Assembly (NCBI GenBank): GCA_018238625.1
Contig: JABCSY010000051.1
Span: 1 to 29,206 of the forward strand
DNA: 29,206 bases
Direction of reading: 5' to 3'
From: Promethearchaeota archaeon
GTDB lineage: Archaea > Asgardarchaeota > Lokiarchaeia > Sigyniarchaeales > SOKP01
The notes below the pieces were generated by a model. It worked only from the letters and a program-made list of their open reading frames with translations. It made no database searches and was not told the origin of the DNA. Shown one piece after another: positions 8,601 to 19,215 of this stretch. A program made the translations under genes and the position numbers. Each line of letters starts with the position of its first letter. Position 1 is the first letter of the stretch.

Positions 8601-10460
8601 TTATAGTAAGTAGCTTCTTAGTTGTTGAATGTATTTATCTATTGTTCTATCTAGTTTCCTTCTCCTGTTAAAGAAATCGTCTGATAATTTCTGATACGCG
8701 GCTTTAGAAGGTAACCTTCCTCTTTTATATCGGGTCTCCAGAAGGGTTAAACTATCATTTACGCTAAATCTTTCGGCATCTAAAACATCAAGTTTTTTTA
8801 TAATATTATTAAAAGTTTCGTTTGTCTCCATTAAGATTTTTTTAAATGGCGTGATTTCGCCCTTAATTTGGTCGATTTTTGTTGTATTTTTAGCTAATAA
8901 ATTCTTATACGTTTTCTTAGCTAGCTTTTTACGTTTTGCTTCATTTTCTGCTTTTCTAATTTCTAATATTAACGCATTTTTTTCTTCATATAAAGAACAA
9001 AATTCTCTAATTTCATTTGTGGGTATAAATTCCTTTTTAAACACGGATAATTGTTCTTCTCTTTCTCGAGTTTTAATAATTAGGACAAATACAGATGATA
9101 AAAATGCAATTATTAGCATGAAAATAAGAGGTCTTAGAATTAAATCAAAAATATCTACAGTAAATGTGAAAAGTATTGTTTTACTTTCTAAAGGGCTCAC
9201 ATTTTCAGAATTATAAACTAAAACACTAGTATCCCCAGTCTTAAAAGTTGCTTTTGGTAAAGACGATGCGTAATCTATACTACCACAACCCTCTATAAAA
9301 ACACTCGTAGTTTGCTGATGTATCAAAAAATCATAGCTTGTTGTAAAAATGTTAATTAGAATAGACTGTTGAAGCCAATTGTATGAAACTAATTTTTCAT
9401 AAGGTAAATTGTACTCTATAAAAAATTTAAATTTAGAATTAGGCTCCAATGAAACTCGATTTTGATATAAAGCTATAGCTAACACCTTTCTAGAGGGCCC
9501 CTCGATGGAATCGGTTATTGTTGCTCCCAACAATTCGCCAAGATCATCATAAACATTTATGTTTTTAATGTCTACAGGTAGGTTTATTGTAAATGCTGGA
9601 ATTACTATAATTCCTAAATTTTCAATTTTGATTTCTTCCTTGATTTTAACCACGCCCCAAGGAGATATATAAATTTCTCGGTTTATTTCTTCAACTTCTA
9701 ACTTTGTCGCTAGATTATCTTCGAGGGTGATTGTAGTTTCATTATTTTCATCTAAATTTTCTAAAAATGGAGCTAAGAAATTTATAGTAGAACTTTGCTC
9801 TAAATCATATAACACATTTCTACCACCTATAGGTATGCCCATTCCTTCAATCTCTTTATGAAAATTCAGATTTGTCCCCTCAGGCAAAAGATAATTTGAT
9901 TTTATGTTTCCTTCGCTCTTATAAGGTAATATTGGAAATAATAATCCTGTGAAATTAACTAGTTGAACAATTCCTTCACCAATCATTTCAAATTTATAGG
10001 TTATCAAATTTTGGTATGTTTGCCAAACATTTATAATAATCTCTTGAGAAGGTAAAAGAGGAGAATCAAAATATATTGTTATCATTTCATAACTATGCAA
10101 AACCTCGTTTGACCTTTCCGTTAATAAAGTGTTACGTGTTTGACCGGTAGCGCCAAAATAAATTAAATCATTTGAATCCTTTAGCGGGATTCCAAACAAT
10201 ATTGAATTAATAGGATTGTCATTTTGATTTAATATTGTAATTCGATCATTTATATTTACTAAACCAAATGAACTAATATTAGTATTCCTTACAATCTCCT
10301 TAATTAATATGTTTTCAGTCCCTTCTAAACCCCCTGATAATTGAGGATGATCATTTTCCATTTGATTTTGATAATTAGATGAAGGATCATTTTGAAAGGA
10401 CGAAAACGCAACAATAAACAAAAGAAAACTTATTAGTAATATAATCTTTTTTTTTCTCAT
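8601..10460 (-). CDS. Ribophorin I (OST1/RPN1) homologue, oligosaccharyltransferase accessory subunit
   Basis: Signal peptide; two beta-rich lumenal repeats (RNTNISSFGLVNIND; REIYISPWGVVKIKEEIKIENLG, cf. RPN1 RxIEVSHWGNIAVEE; VYDDLGE cf. YRDEIGN); single TM; charged helical cytosolic tail. Confidence 0.82.
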   Translation of the reverse strand: MRKKKIILLISFLLFIVAFSSFQNDPSSNYQNQMENDHPQLSGGLEGTENILIKEIVRNTNISSFGLVNINDRITILNQNDNPINSILFGIPLKDSNDLIYFGATGQTRNTLLTERSNEVLHSYEMITIYFDSPLLPSQEIIINVWQTYQNLITYKFEMIGEGIVQLVNFTGLLFPILPYKSEGNIKSNYLLPEGTNLNFHKEIEGMGIPIGGRNVLYDLEQSSTINFLAPFLENLDENNETTITLEDNLATKLEVEEINREIYISPWGVVKIKEEIKIENLGIIVIPAFTINLPVDIKNINVYDDLGELLGATITDSIEGPSRKVLAIALYQNRVSLEPNSKFKFFIEYNLPYEKLVSYNWLQQSILINIFTTSYDFLIHQQTTSVFIEGCGSIDYASSLPKATFKTGDTSVLVYNSENVSPLESKTILFTFTVDIFDLILRPLIFMLIIAFLSSVFVLIIKTREREEQLSVFKKEFIPTNEIREFCSLYEEKNALILEIRKAENEAKRKKLAKKTYKNLLAKNTTKIDQIKGEITPFKKILMETNETFNNIIKKLDVLDAERFSVNDSLTLLETRYKRGRLPSKAAYQKLSDDFFNRRRKLDRTIDKYIQQLRSYLL

Positions 10461-10614
10461 TATAAATCAACCATTACTTACTCAAATTAACTAACAATAA
10501 TTAATACGATTAATAAAAATTTATCATATTTATTTTTTTAATTCAAGATAAACCTTATTATTTTTAATGTTTTAATTTTATTTAATTAAGTATTATTTTT
10601 GCGACGGTTAAGTT

Positions 10615-10821
10615 ATGTCATCTCGACAAAGTCAATCAAGGCGTAAGAAAAGAAGAAGTGGAACTGCTCCAATGCCTTTAGGTGGAGCGGGTTTAATGAG
10701 GTTTTTTGAGGATAGTTCAATAGGAATTAAAGTAAGTCCTATAACTACGATTATTTTAGCCGTTGGTTTAATTACAATTGTAATGTTAGCTTGGTTACGC
10801 GTTTTTCAATGGTTATTTTAA
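10615..10821 (+). CDS. Preprotein translocase subunit Sec61beta
   Basis: Basic N-terminus, GAGLMRFFED..GIKVSP motif, one C-terminal TM helix. Confidence 0.92.
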   Translation: MSSRQSQSRRKKRRSGTAPMPLGGAGLMRFFEDSSIGIKVSPITTIILAVGLITIVMLAWLRVFQWLF

Positions 10822-10871
10822 TTTTTTTATAAAAAATTGAAATCTTTTCTAAAAAATAATTTATTTAAATT

Positions 10872-11165
10872 ATGAATATTTCAGATTTCCAAGATTTAAT
10901 AAAGAAACTCTATTATCAAAAGGACTCGGATAGAGGATTCAAAAGTACATTTATCTGGTTGATAGAAGAAATTGGGGAGCTAGCTACGTTATTAAATTCC
11001 CAAAACATAGATAAAGAAAAAGTATCAGAGGAATTAGCTGATATTATCGCATGGACTGTTTCCATCGCAAATTTATTAGAAATTGATATGGAAAAAGCAT
11101 TACTTAATAAATATCCAAATAAATGCAAAAAATGCAACTCTTCCCCTTGTAAATGTGGAAAATGA
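10872..11165 (+). CDS. MazG-like nucleotide pyrophosphohydrolase
   Basis: WLIEEIGELA...EELADIIAW..SIANL motif, C-terminal KYP..CKKC...PCKC. Confidence 0.88.
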   Translation: MNISDFQDLIKKLYYQKDSDRGFKSTFIWLIEEIGELATLLNSQNIDKEKVSEELADIIAWTVSIANLLEIDMEKALLNKYPNKCKKCNSSPCKCGK

Positions 11166-11228
11166 TTAACTTAATATTATTTTAAGAAATAATTCAATTA
11201 ATTACTACTTAAAAGTGAAGCTGAAAAA

Positions 11229-11984
11229 GTGAATCTTGAAAGAAAAAATTTATCTTTTATCCACGAAAAAGCATTTATCCACGAGACGGCATTTATTGAT
11301 GATTTTACAGCAATTGGAAAAGGAGCAAAAATAGAAAGTGACGTTTATATTTCCAAGGGAGTTAAAATTTATGGAAATGCTTTGATTCACTCAGACACTT
11401 ATATAGGCGATAATTGTATTATTGGGCATCCGCAGAGAGCGGATTTAATGGATATTATAAAGGGCAAGAGAGAGATTACAGATTTTGAGAGTCCGTTAAT
11501 TACAATAGGAAAGGAATGCACCATCAGAGCAGGTACTATAATATATTCTGAAGTAAATATTGGGGCGAATTGTCAGACAGGACATAATGCTATGATTAGA
11601 GAAAAAACATCCATAGGAAACAGTACTTTAATAGGCACCAACACGATTATAGATGGAAATGTTGTTATAGGAAACAATGTAAGTATTCAAACAGGAGTTT
11701 ACATTCCTTTACATTCTAAAATTGGAAACAACGTTTTTATGGGTCCGTATAGCAAATTAACAAATGATAAATATATGATGCGTAAAGAATTTGATTTAAA
11801 CGGACCTAAAATTGAAGACTATGTTTCTTTGGGGGCAAACTCAGTAATTATGCCGGGAATTACTTTAAAAAGAGGGACGATCGTTGGAGCAGGATCTGTA
11901 GTTACAAAAAATACTGAAGAAAACGACATTGTTGTAGGAAACCCAGCAAAGCTATTAAAAAAAATTCCTAAAGATTGGAAATAA
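11229..11984 (+). CDS. Hexapeptide-repeat (left-handed beta-helix) acyltransferase, WbpD-like sugar N-acetyltransferase
   Basis: Many IG/VG hexapeptide repeats; FMGPYSKLTNDKY; GANSVIMPG; VGAGSVVTK; VVGNPAK. GTG start. Confidence 0.85.
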   Translation: MNLERKNLSFIHEKAFIHETAFIDDFTAIGKGAKIESDVYISKGVKIYGNALIHSDTYIGDNCIIGHPQRADLMDIIKGKREITDFESPLITIGKECTIRAGTIIYSEVNIGANCQTGHNAMIREKTSIGNSTLIGTNTIIDGNVVIGNNVSIQTGVYIPLHSKIGNNVFMGPYSKLTNDKYMMRKEFDLNGPKIEDYVSLGANSVIMPGITLKRGTIVGAGSVVTKNTEENDIVVGNPAKLLKKIPKDWK

Positions 11985-11999
11985 AAAATTGATCTCAAG

Positions 12000-13109
12000 A
12001 TGAGTTTATTAAACAAAAAAATTTGGATCGATATAGAAGAACCAAAAACGGGAATTATGTTTAATCGCCTTCTAAAAAAATTCCAGAAGGAAGGTGCAGA
12101 CCTTTTAATTACTGCCCGAGATTACGATTCTACTTTTCAAATTTTGGACAACTTACATGTTAAATATCAGAAAGTTGGGAAGCATGGAGGTGAAAAATTG
12201 GAAGATAAATTAAAAACTTACATCGATCGCTTGTCTAAACTTTACCCATATGTTATAAAATTTGCTCCAGACTATTTTGTAACTTTCTCTTCTGTGGAAG
12301 GCACTAGAATATCTTACGGTTTGAACATTCCCTCAATAGGCTATAACGATGAGCCTCGAAATGTTCCGGTGTGTAAGCAAATATTTCCATATTTAGATAA
12401 CATAATTACTCCGATGTGTGTTCCAGAAGAATGGTATATCCATCTCCACGCCAATCCTGAGCAATTAATCAGATATAATGGCATCGATGAGATAGCCTGG
12501 CTTTCAGAATACAATCCTAATCCTAAAATTCTTGAAAAAAACGACTTAGAAAAAGGAAAATTCGTAATTATTAGAAGTGAACCTTCGTTTGCTAGTTATT
12601 TCGTAGGAAAACTAAAACCAGAAGAAACATTAATTAGTCAATTCTTTCCCGCAATATTTAATCAATTTCCAAACCATAAATATTTTTTAATTGTAAGAAC
12701 AGAAAAACAAGAACAATACCTGAAAAAAAAGCTGAAAAAATATAATAGTAATTCCAACGTAAGCATTACGCGGTTTATGCCAAATATGGTCGATTTGTGT
12801 TATTTTAGTGCGTTAGTAATCAGTGGAGGAGGTACGATCGTTCGTGAATCGAGTTTATTAAATGTGCCAAGCATTGAATTTTTTCCCGGAGATACCGCCC
12901 CTCAGGAACATTTTTTAATAAATAATGGATTCCCTTTAGAGCACATAAAAGAATCTGAGAAAATTATAAGGAAGTCTATAAAAATTCTTACTGAAAAACC
13001 TCATCACGACAGATTTAACGATTCATTTAAAAGAAGAATTATGCAATTTGAAAACCCAAACGAAATTTGTTTTAAAATTGTAAAGGAGAATTTAATAAAA
13101 AAAGTCTAA
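12000..13109 (+). CDS. DUF354 family GT-B fold protein (putative glycosyltransferase)
   Basis: KIWIDI, ITARDY, VGKHGG and ISGGGTIVRESSLLNVPSI motifs. Confidence 0.8.
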   Translation: MSLLNKKIWIDIEEPKTGIMFNRLLKKFQKEGADLLITARDYDSTFQILDNLHVKYQKVGKHGGEKLEDKLKTYIDRLSKLYPYVIKFAPDYFVTFSSVEGTRISYGLNIPSIGYNDEPRNVPVCKQIFPYLDNIITPMCVPEEWYIHLHANPEQLIRYNGIDEIAWLSEYNPNPKILEKNDLEKGKFVIIRSEPSFASYFVGKLKPEETLISQFFPAIFNQFPNHKYFLIVRTEKQEQYLKKKLKKYNSNSNVSITRFMPNMVDLCYFSALVISGGGTIVRESSLLNVPSIEFFPGDTAPQEHFLINNGFPLEHIKESEKIIRKSIKILTEKPHHDRFNDSFKRRIMQFENPNEICFKIVKENLIKKV

Positions 13110-14215
13110 TTAGTCAAAAATTTTTCATATTCTTCTTCTAATCTTTTACCAACCGCGTTCCAACTGTATTTTTTTATAAAGTCCTGAGCGTCTTTTACTA
13201 TTTCTTTTCTTAATTCATTATCATTGAGGAGAATTTTTATTTTTTCAGCCAATTCTTTCGAATCTTTAGGAGGGACGAACAAAGCATGGTTCTTTAGAAT
13301 CTCTCGATATACTGAAATTGAGGAACATATTACGGGCGTTCCACAAGAGATAGCTTCTAGCGAAGTTAATCCAAATCCTTCGGAAGATGAAGAAAAAGTT
13401 ATAAAAATATCTCCCATAGAATAATAAAAAGGGACTTCTTCTTCTGGAAGATATCCCATAAAATAAATGTCTTTATTTTCATTTTTCCAATTATTGTACG
13501 TTTTTTCCATCAAATAATCTGGTTTACCTCCAATAACTAAATTAAGGTTTGGAATTTCGTTTTTAACCAGTTTATAAGCTTCAATTATGTTACTGACTCC
13601 CTTATAAGGAGCAATTCTTCCGATATACAATAAAACGGGACCTTTTATGTTTAATTTTTCCTTTAATCTTTGAGCTTCGATAGGGTAAGGATTGTACTTT
13701 TCCTCAATGCCATTGTAAATGGTGACAATTTTATTCTTATTAATTTTTGGAATAAAATATTGAAATTCTTGCTTTACATAGTTAGAAACAGTAGTTATTA
13801 ACGATGCTTTTTTTGAAACAAATTTTATCAAAAACTTCTCTAAAGGAATTCTCGTAAGTTTTGTTTCGAAAGGCGTAAAATCGTGGATCGTGCAAATAAA
13901 TCTTTTTTGGTTAGATAAAATAATTGGTAAAGCTGCTTTAGCACTATTAGCATGTATGATGTCGAAATTATTATTCCTTAAGAATTTAATTACCTTGTAA
14001 CAAAAATTTGGAGCCCAAAAAAACCTTTTTCTAATTAAATCAAACTGAATTATATCCGGATCGTCTAAATCTTTGTTCCATTTACCAGTAATTAATTTTA
14101 CGTTGTGTCCTTGCTTTTTTAGATAGTCAAAAATTGCTCTGATAACTTTTGCCTCCCCATCGGCACTATCAGGAGAAACTGTTAATGATACTAAACAAAT
14201 TTTTAGCTTTTTCAT
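13106..14215 (-). CDS. Glycosyltransferase family 4
   Basis: DIIHAN, TIHD, IYNGI, YIGRIAPYKG and EGFGLTSLEAISCGTPVICS. Stop overlaps the convergent DUF354 stop. Confidence 0.92.
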   Translation of the reverse strand: MKKLKICLVSLTVSPDSADGEAKVIRAIFDYLKKQGHNVKLITGKWNKDLDDPDIIQFDLIRKRFFWAPNFCYKVIKFLRNNNFDIIHANSAKAALPIILSNQKRFICTIHDFTPFETKLTRIPLEKFLIKFVSKKASLITTVSNYVKQEFQYFIPKINKNKIVTIYNGIEEKYNPYPIEAQRLKEKLNIKGPVLLYIGRIAPYKGVSNIIEAYKLVKNEIPNLNLVIGGKPDYLMEKTYNNWKNENKDIYFMGYLPEEEVPFYYSMGDIFITFSSSSEGFGLTSLEAISCGTPVICSSISVYREILKNHALFVPPKDSKELAEKIKILLNDNELRKEIVKDAQDFIKKYSWNAVGKRLEEEYEKFLTN

Positions 14216-14252
14216 CTAAAATCAAACGTTGTTTTGTTGAAGTTTCGACTTT

Positions 14253-15224
14253 TTAAGTTAGTTGTTTAAATCCATCTTCAGTTATTAAAATCGTTTGTTC
14301 ACTTTGAGCTACAAATTCTCCTTTTTGTTCCGCTAATACATAATGAGCTTGTATTTTTCCTTGTTGGACTAGTTCTTGGAGTCCAAACATTACTCCCATT
14401 CTAAAATCTTTTGCTAACCATCTTTCTGCAAAAGGAAGCGTTTTGTAGTTCTTATTTATGTGGCCCAAAATTTGTTTCGATAGTTTTCTGCGTAGAGGTA
14501 CTCTTCCAGCATATGGGTTCAATTCGTAAATATAGGAATATTTGGTATTATGGACTGTACCTTCCCCCGTCGAAGCAAATATTTCTATTGCAAAGACTTC
14601 ACCTTCTTCCATTATATCTCCACCTTGAGTACCTAATTCTGGCAATCTTTTTTTTCCATGAACGGTCCACCTTTCAATTTGATGTCCACCAAGTTCTTTT
14701 ATTGGATTAAATTTAAACCCTTTTACGATATCTTCGATTTTTTTACCCAATTCTTTCGTATTGATTTTAGGTTTAGCCATCATTTTTCCGGCTTCCAGAG
14801 CGACTTCAGTTGCTTGAATTATGTTTTCAAGAGATTTCTCATCGTTAAAACTCACGGTAAAAGCTGTGTCCACTATGTATCCATCGATATGAACGCCTAA
14901 ATCGATTTTAACAAGATCCCCTTCTTTAATCGTAAGATCATCTTCCTTTATCGGAGATGTATAGTGAGCTGCAATGTTGTTTATGCTAACATTAACGGGA
15001 AATGCCCATCCTCCGCCTAATTCAACGATTTTCTTCTCTGTGTTTTCAATTAAATTTAATACTTTTGTTCCAACTTGTATTTGCGGTCTAATGGACTTCT
15101 TTACTTCTTGAGCAATCTTTCCAGCTTTGGTAAGAGATTCGATTTTAAGTTTTTTCTCTTCTTCGTCTTCTTCTTTATTGTTTTTTTTATCAGATTGATT
15201 TTTCAAATTATTATTCTCAGTCAT
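14253..15224 (-). CDS. map: Methionine aminopeptidase type II
   Basis: AFPVNVSINNIAAHYT, KIDLGVHIDGYIVDTAFTV, GHQI, FAIEIFAST and TLPFAERWL (type II insertion). Confidence 0.96.
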   Translation of the reverse strand: MTENNNLKNQSDKKNNKEEDEEEKKLKIESLTKAGKIAQEVKKSIRPQIQVGTKVLNLIENTEKKIVELGGGWAFPVNVSINNIAAHYTSPIKEDDLTIKEGDLVKIDLGVHIDGYIVDTAFTVSFNDEKSLENIIQATEVALEAGKMMAKPKINTKELGKKIEDIVKGFKFNPIKELGGHQIERWTVHGKKRLPELGTQGGDIMEEGEVFAIEIFASTGEGTVHNTKYSYIYELNPYAGRVPLRRKLSKQILGHINKNYKTLPFAERWLAKDFRMGVMFGLQELVQQGKIQAHYVLAEQKGEFVAQSEQTILITEDGFKQLT

Positions 15225-15358
15225 TATAATATGTAAATGTAAAAATTGATAAAAATATTTTTTAAATAAGTAATATCCAATTTTATAAAATAAAAAAATA
15301 AAGTAAACATTAATAATTAAATAAAGTTAATTTTAATATCATACAACTTAATAATTTA

Positions 15359-15389
15359 TCACTCACTAAGTTGATTTGTAATTGAGTGA
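15359..15389. promoter_or_regulatory. Inverted repeat TCACTCA-N17-TGAGTGA in divergent map/roadblock spacer
   Basis: Perfect 7-bp arms at 15359-15365 and 15383-15389 in otherwise low-complexity AT DNA; function not established. Confidence 0.3.
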
Positions 15390-15442
15390 GAATATTATTT
15401 AGTTAATGAAACCTTCGTTTAAAAGAAAGGAGGCAATCATGG

Positions 15443-15814
15443 ATGTCTGAGAATATCAGTGAGCTCACGGATTTATTAAGAAAATTATCGGCTGTAAATA
15501 GCGATATCGAAGGCTCAGCAATAGTAAGTGTTCAAGGGCTTCCAATTTGTTCCGTTTTGAGTAGGAATGTTAACGACGGGATCGTTTCTGCCATGTCTGC
15601 CGCTATACAGAGCGTTTCAGAGCGTGCGGTTGAGGAGCTTGAGAGAGGTGAATTAAAAAGAATACTTATTGAAGGGTTAAATGGCATCATAATTCTCTCT
15701 AAAGCAGGTGAAAATGCTATTTTATGTACTCTTTGTAGCGCTAATGCTAGCCTAGGAATGGTTTTTCTAAACATTCAGAGCGTTTCCAATAGAATTGCGG
15801 CTTTATTAGATTAG
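15443..15814 (+). CDS. Roadblock/LC7 (MglB/LAMTOR2-like) domain protein
   Basis: DIEGSAIVSVQGLPI, VSAMSAAI, ELERGELKRILIEGLNG and ASLGMVF; strong SD AAGGAGG at 15427-15433. Confidence 0.93.
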   Translation: MSENISELTDLLRKLSAVNSDIEGSAIVSVQGLPICSVLSRNVNDGIVSAMSAAIQSVSERAVEELERGELKRILIEGLNGIIILSKAGENAILCTLCSANASLGMVFLNIQSVSNRIAALLD

Positions 15815-15937
15815 GAAACTCGTTAAATTAATATTCTATTTTTCAAATCCCAGTTAATTCGACACTTTTCTCGATGATTTAAATAATTAGAAAATTGATA
15901 AATTAAATCAAAATGAATGAAAAAAAAAGAAATATGT

Positions 15938-16366
15938 TTAATTTTCTTTAGGTTGCAATTCCGATTTTGTTTTTGAATCTCGATAAGGATGCTTCTCGAG
16001 GTAAGCGCTAATTAGAGTCATAACACCGTTGCCAATTCCGCCACCCAAAGCTCCAAAAATGGCAGCTAAAACGATTATGAGTATTAAAATTAGCCACCCA
16101 AAGCCTTCTCCAAAAATTAACGCTCCAAATTGGTCAAGTATAATGTACGCGTTTCTTGTAATTATTCCAACTAAAACATAAATCCCCCACGAAAGTGTAA
16201 CTCCGATAAAACCGCTTAGAACGCCATATTTTAACGATTTGTTAAGCATTCCCGCAATAATACCTGGGATTATGACTAATTGCCAAACTGGAACTAGGGT
16301 TAATAGCATAGTTAGACATAAAACAACGATTATACTTATAAAAAAAGTTCTCCTTTCTATTTCCAT
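15938..16366 (-). CDS. Small Gly-rich membrane protein (about 4 TM), coupled to the upstream acylase
   Basis: Hydrophobic ORF starting 4 nt after the acylase stop; AGGAGG SD embedded in the last codons of the acylase. Confidence 0.75.
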   Translation of the reverse strand: MEIERRTFFISIIVVLCLTMLLTLVPVWQLVIIPGIIAGMLNKSLKYGVLSGFIGVTLSWGIYVLVGIITRNAYIILDQFGALIFGEGFGWLILILIIVLAAIFGALGGGIGNGVMTLISAYLEKHPYRDSKTKSELQPKEN

Positions 16367-16370
16367 TTTT

Positions 16371-18962
16371 TTAGCCTCCTATTGGAAAGAAAAATAATTG
16401 AGATTCGATTGAACTAGTAGGAAAGTTATATATTGTATTCGTAAAATATTGATAGTGGTATTTTCCTTGTAAGAACAGTTGTTCTAGTTGATCTGAATAA
16501 TGTTTTGAGTTTGAAAGCCCTCGTTGCCCCGATGGAATAACGCTTAAAGAGTTATTTAGGTTGCTAAAGTCTATAATTAAGCGTTCAGATGCTCCACCTC
16601 TCGCGATTCCAACGCCATTGTCAATATTTACCCAAGCTGGGTTGATAGTGTACCCTTCTCCATCAGCTTCATAAGGTCCTTTACTTAGTGGATCTAATCC
16701 CGTAATAGATGCAAAAATAAGTTGGTGTAGGTCGCCCCACCTCCAAGTTGATGGGTCGTCAGAGACATAAAAACTTTCTAACCAGTCGATTGTGGCGTTT
16801 AATGCTAGCATCATTGTCTCGTTTCTATTCTCGATTTTCAATGGTGTAGAAACATTATCAAACCAATGGGAAGATTTGTTTTCTTTCATTAAATATTCCA
16901 ATACAACTATTCTTGTTCGTGAAGTAAAATTATATGTTTCCTTTTCGTCGTTAAAAGTAAAATCTTGAAAATAATCTCTCCACTTGCGGTAAATAGTTGG
17001 TGCAGCTTCTTCTTTATCCATTACAAATTGCCAACTTTCTAACTCTGTGAGAACACTATTTATTTTTGTAGGAGGGGTAGGACCATAATAATCGTAAATA
17101 ACTTCAATTAACTCTGGAACAAAAGCTCTCGCAGCCGTTGAATTCACATCGTTTTGGATGGTTTTCATGCTTTCAACACTTATAGATCCATCAGCAGCAT
17201 TCATAAGTAGTTCATTTATCCTTCTGGCTCTATATCCGTCTGCGTATTCATTTTGTAAGAAATAACTATTGTACTCTGGTCCTGCTACGATTTGATTAGC
17301 GGAGGCTAAATATTTCTGATTTGGGTTTAGAGAATTAGGCAAATCCTCGAAGGGTATGTAACCAATCCATTCTCCTTCCCCATTTGAACCGTTGTATGGA
17401 AGAGTTCCGTTACCAAGATGACCCAATGGAATTTTTGAATCGTCTCGAATTGGAACTTTTCCTGTTGGTCGAATAGCAATATTTCCATCGACATCTGCAT
17501 AAACGATATTTTGCGCTAGGAGTGTCCAGTCTTTTGAAGCTTCGTCGAAATCTTCTCTATTTTGAGCTCGATCAAAACCATTACCTGCAAGAATGTTGAA
17601 GAAATAACCGTTAGCAGTCCATTTTGGTGCTAAGACTATATCTCCTAAAGATTGAGGCAATCCAAAATCGCGTAAATCGCTTAACACAGGTCCGTGAACA
17701 GTATGTCTAACAGCGAACTCTACAGATTCTTGACCTTTAACATTAATGCTATAACTTTTTTCAGTATAGGCAGTTGAAGTCCCGTTGTAAATGTATTGAT
17801 TTGGTCCATCCGTGTTATAGTAGTACCAATCTAAAACATCGTATCCTGTGTTGGTAAAACCCCAACCGACCCTCTCGTTGTGACCTACAGCAACTCCAGG
17901 CATTCCGGGTATTATAAACCCATATACATGAAATCCAGTATCTTCAGCTTTTAAATGCTGCTCATACCATACTCCGGGCATCATCCAACCAAGGTGCATA
18001 TCGTTGCATAGGATTGGTGCTCCCGTACTGCTTAAAGTACCATTTACAACCCAATTATTTGAACCAATTATTTGATCTTTTTGGTTGTCCATCAAGGTTT
18101 TCTCTGAGATTATTTTTTGGACATTTTCTAGGAAGTTCTGAATTTCGGATTTTAAAGCAAAATCTGGATTTAATTCAAACCCAGCTTTCATTGGACTTTC
18201 TGGGAATTCTCCGTAGTCAGGGATAATAGGAATTTGGTACGGTAAAGTAAGTCCAAATAATTCGTTATAATAAGTAAGATTAATATTATTCAACGCAAGT
18301 AGAGTAGTGTATCTATCCAAATCATGATAATTCCATGACATTTGCCTCGCCATTTCTTGGACTAAACATAAAGTATCAATAGTACTCCATTCAGTAGGTT
18401 CGAAGCCCATTAAATGATATTCTAATGGTTTAGTATCTTTATTCGACCCAATGTAGTAATTTATTCCATCTACATACCTTTCAAATGAACTAAAGAATTC
18501 AAGCGTTTCATTATTATGCATTTCCCTAAACATATCATCGGTTTTAATTGCCCAATCTTCCATTCCGATAGCAAGCATGAATTTATCTACAGTTAATAAA
18601 TCCTCACCTAGTACTTCTGACAACTTCCCCCGTACTTGGCGACGTGTCATATCCATTTGGAAGAGTCTATCCTGAGCATGACAATAACCTTGAGCAAAAA
18701 AGAGGTCTTCTTCGTAAGAAGCATAAATATGTGGTATGCCCCATTCATCGCGTATAACGGTTACTTTCCCTCTTAAACCCGGAATGTTTAACCGTTCTGC
18801 CGCTGGAAGCTCTCCTGGAACCTTCCATACTCCATTTCCAGGAAATAGGAGGTTTCCTAATTGTAACCCCATTAAGGGCAACGAAAAGATAGTCATTAAT
18901 ATGATAGTAAGCGGAATAAAAACTGACAATTTTGTTACTGCTTTTTTTGTTAGATATCTCAT
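16371..18962 (-). CDS. Penicillin acylase family (peptidase S45, Ntn hydrolase), membrane anchored
   Basis: RDEWGIPHIYA, AQGYCHAQDRLFQMD, catalytic GSNNWVV, NDMHL, WGDLHQL and PSGQRG...HYSDQ. Confidence 0.95.
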   Translation of the reverse strand: MRYLTKKAVTKLSVFIPLTIILMTIFSLPLMGLQLGNLLFPGNGVWKVPGELPAAERLNIPGLRGKVTVIRDEWGIPHIYASYEEDLFFAQGYCHAQDRLFQMDMTRRQVRGKLSEVLGEDLLTVDKFMLAIGMEDWAIKTDDMFREMHNNETLEFFSSFERYVDGINYYIGSNKDTKPLEYHLMGFEPTEWSTIDTLCLVQEMARQMSWNYHDLDRYTTLLALNNINLTYYNELFGLTLPYQIPIIPDYGEFPESPMKAGFELNPDFALKSEIQNFLENVQKIISEKTLMDNQKDQIIGSNNWVVNGTLSSTGAPILCNDMHLGWMMPGVWYEQHLKAEDTGFHVYGFIIPGMPGVAVGHNERVGWGFTNTGYDVLDWYYYNTDGPNQYIYNGTSTAYTEKSYSINVKGQESVEFAVRHTVHGPVLSDLRDFGLPQSLGDIVLAPKWTANGYFFNILAGNGFDRAQNREDFDEASKDWTLLAQNIVYADVDGNIAIRPTGKVPIRDDSKIPLGHLGNGTLPYNGSNGEGEWIGYIPFEDLPNSLNPNQKYLASANQIVAGPEYNSYFLQNEYADGYRARRINELLMNAADGSISVESMKTIQNDVNSTAARAFVPELIEVIYDYYGPTPPTKINSVLTELESWQFVMDKEEAAPTIYRKWRDYFQDFTFNDEKETYNFTSRTRIVVLEYLMKENKSSHWFDNVSTPLKIENRNETMMLALNATIDWLESFYVSDDPSTWRWGDLHQLIFASITGLDPLSKGPYEADGEGYTINPAWVNIDNGVGIARGGASERLIIDFSNLNNSLSVIPSGQRGLSNSKHYSDQLEQLFLQGKYHYQYFTNTIYNFPTSSIESQLFFFPIGG

Positions 18963-19215
18963 AATAAAACCTCTAAAATTTAGATTGTTTTTGTTGAATT
19001 TATAGAATTAAATTTTAATATTAATTATATCAATTTGCTATATAAATTATCGATTTTATAAAATAAAGGATTATTTTGAATGAAATAGTAATTAATCTTT
19101 TTAATAAGAAAAAAAGGTTGAATTCAATCAAGAAATAATTATAATTATAAATACAAAATCCACAATATAATATATACAATTTAAATATTAATTAAAAAAA
19201 AGATTTGATATCAAA

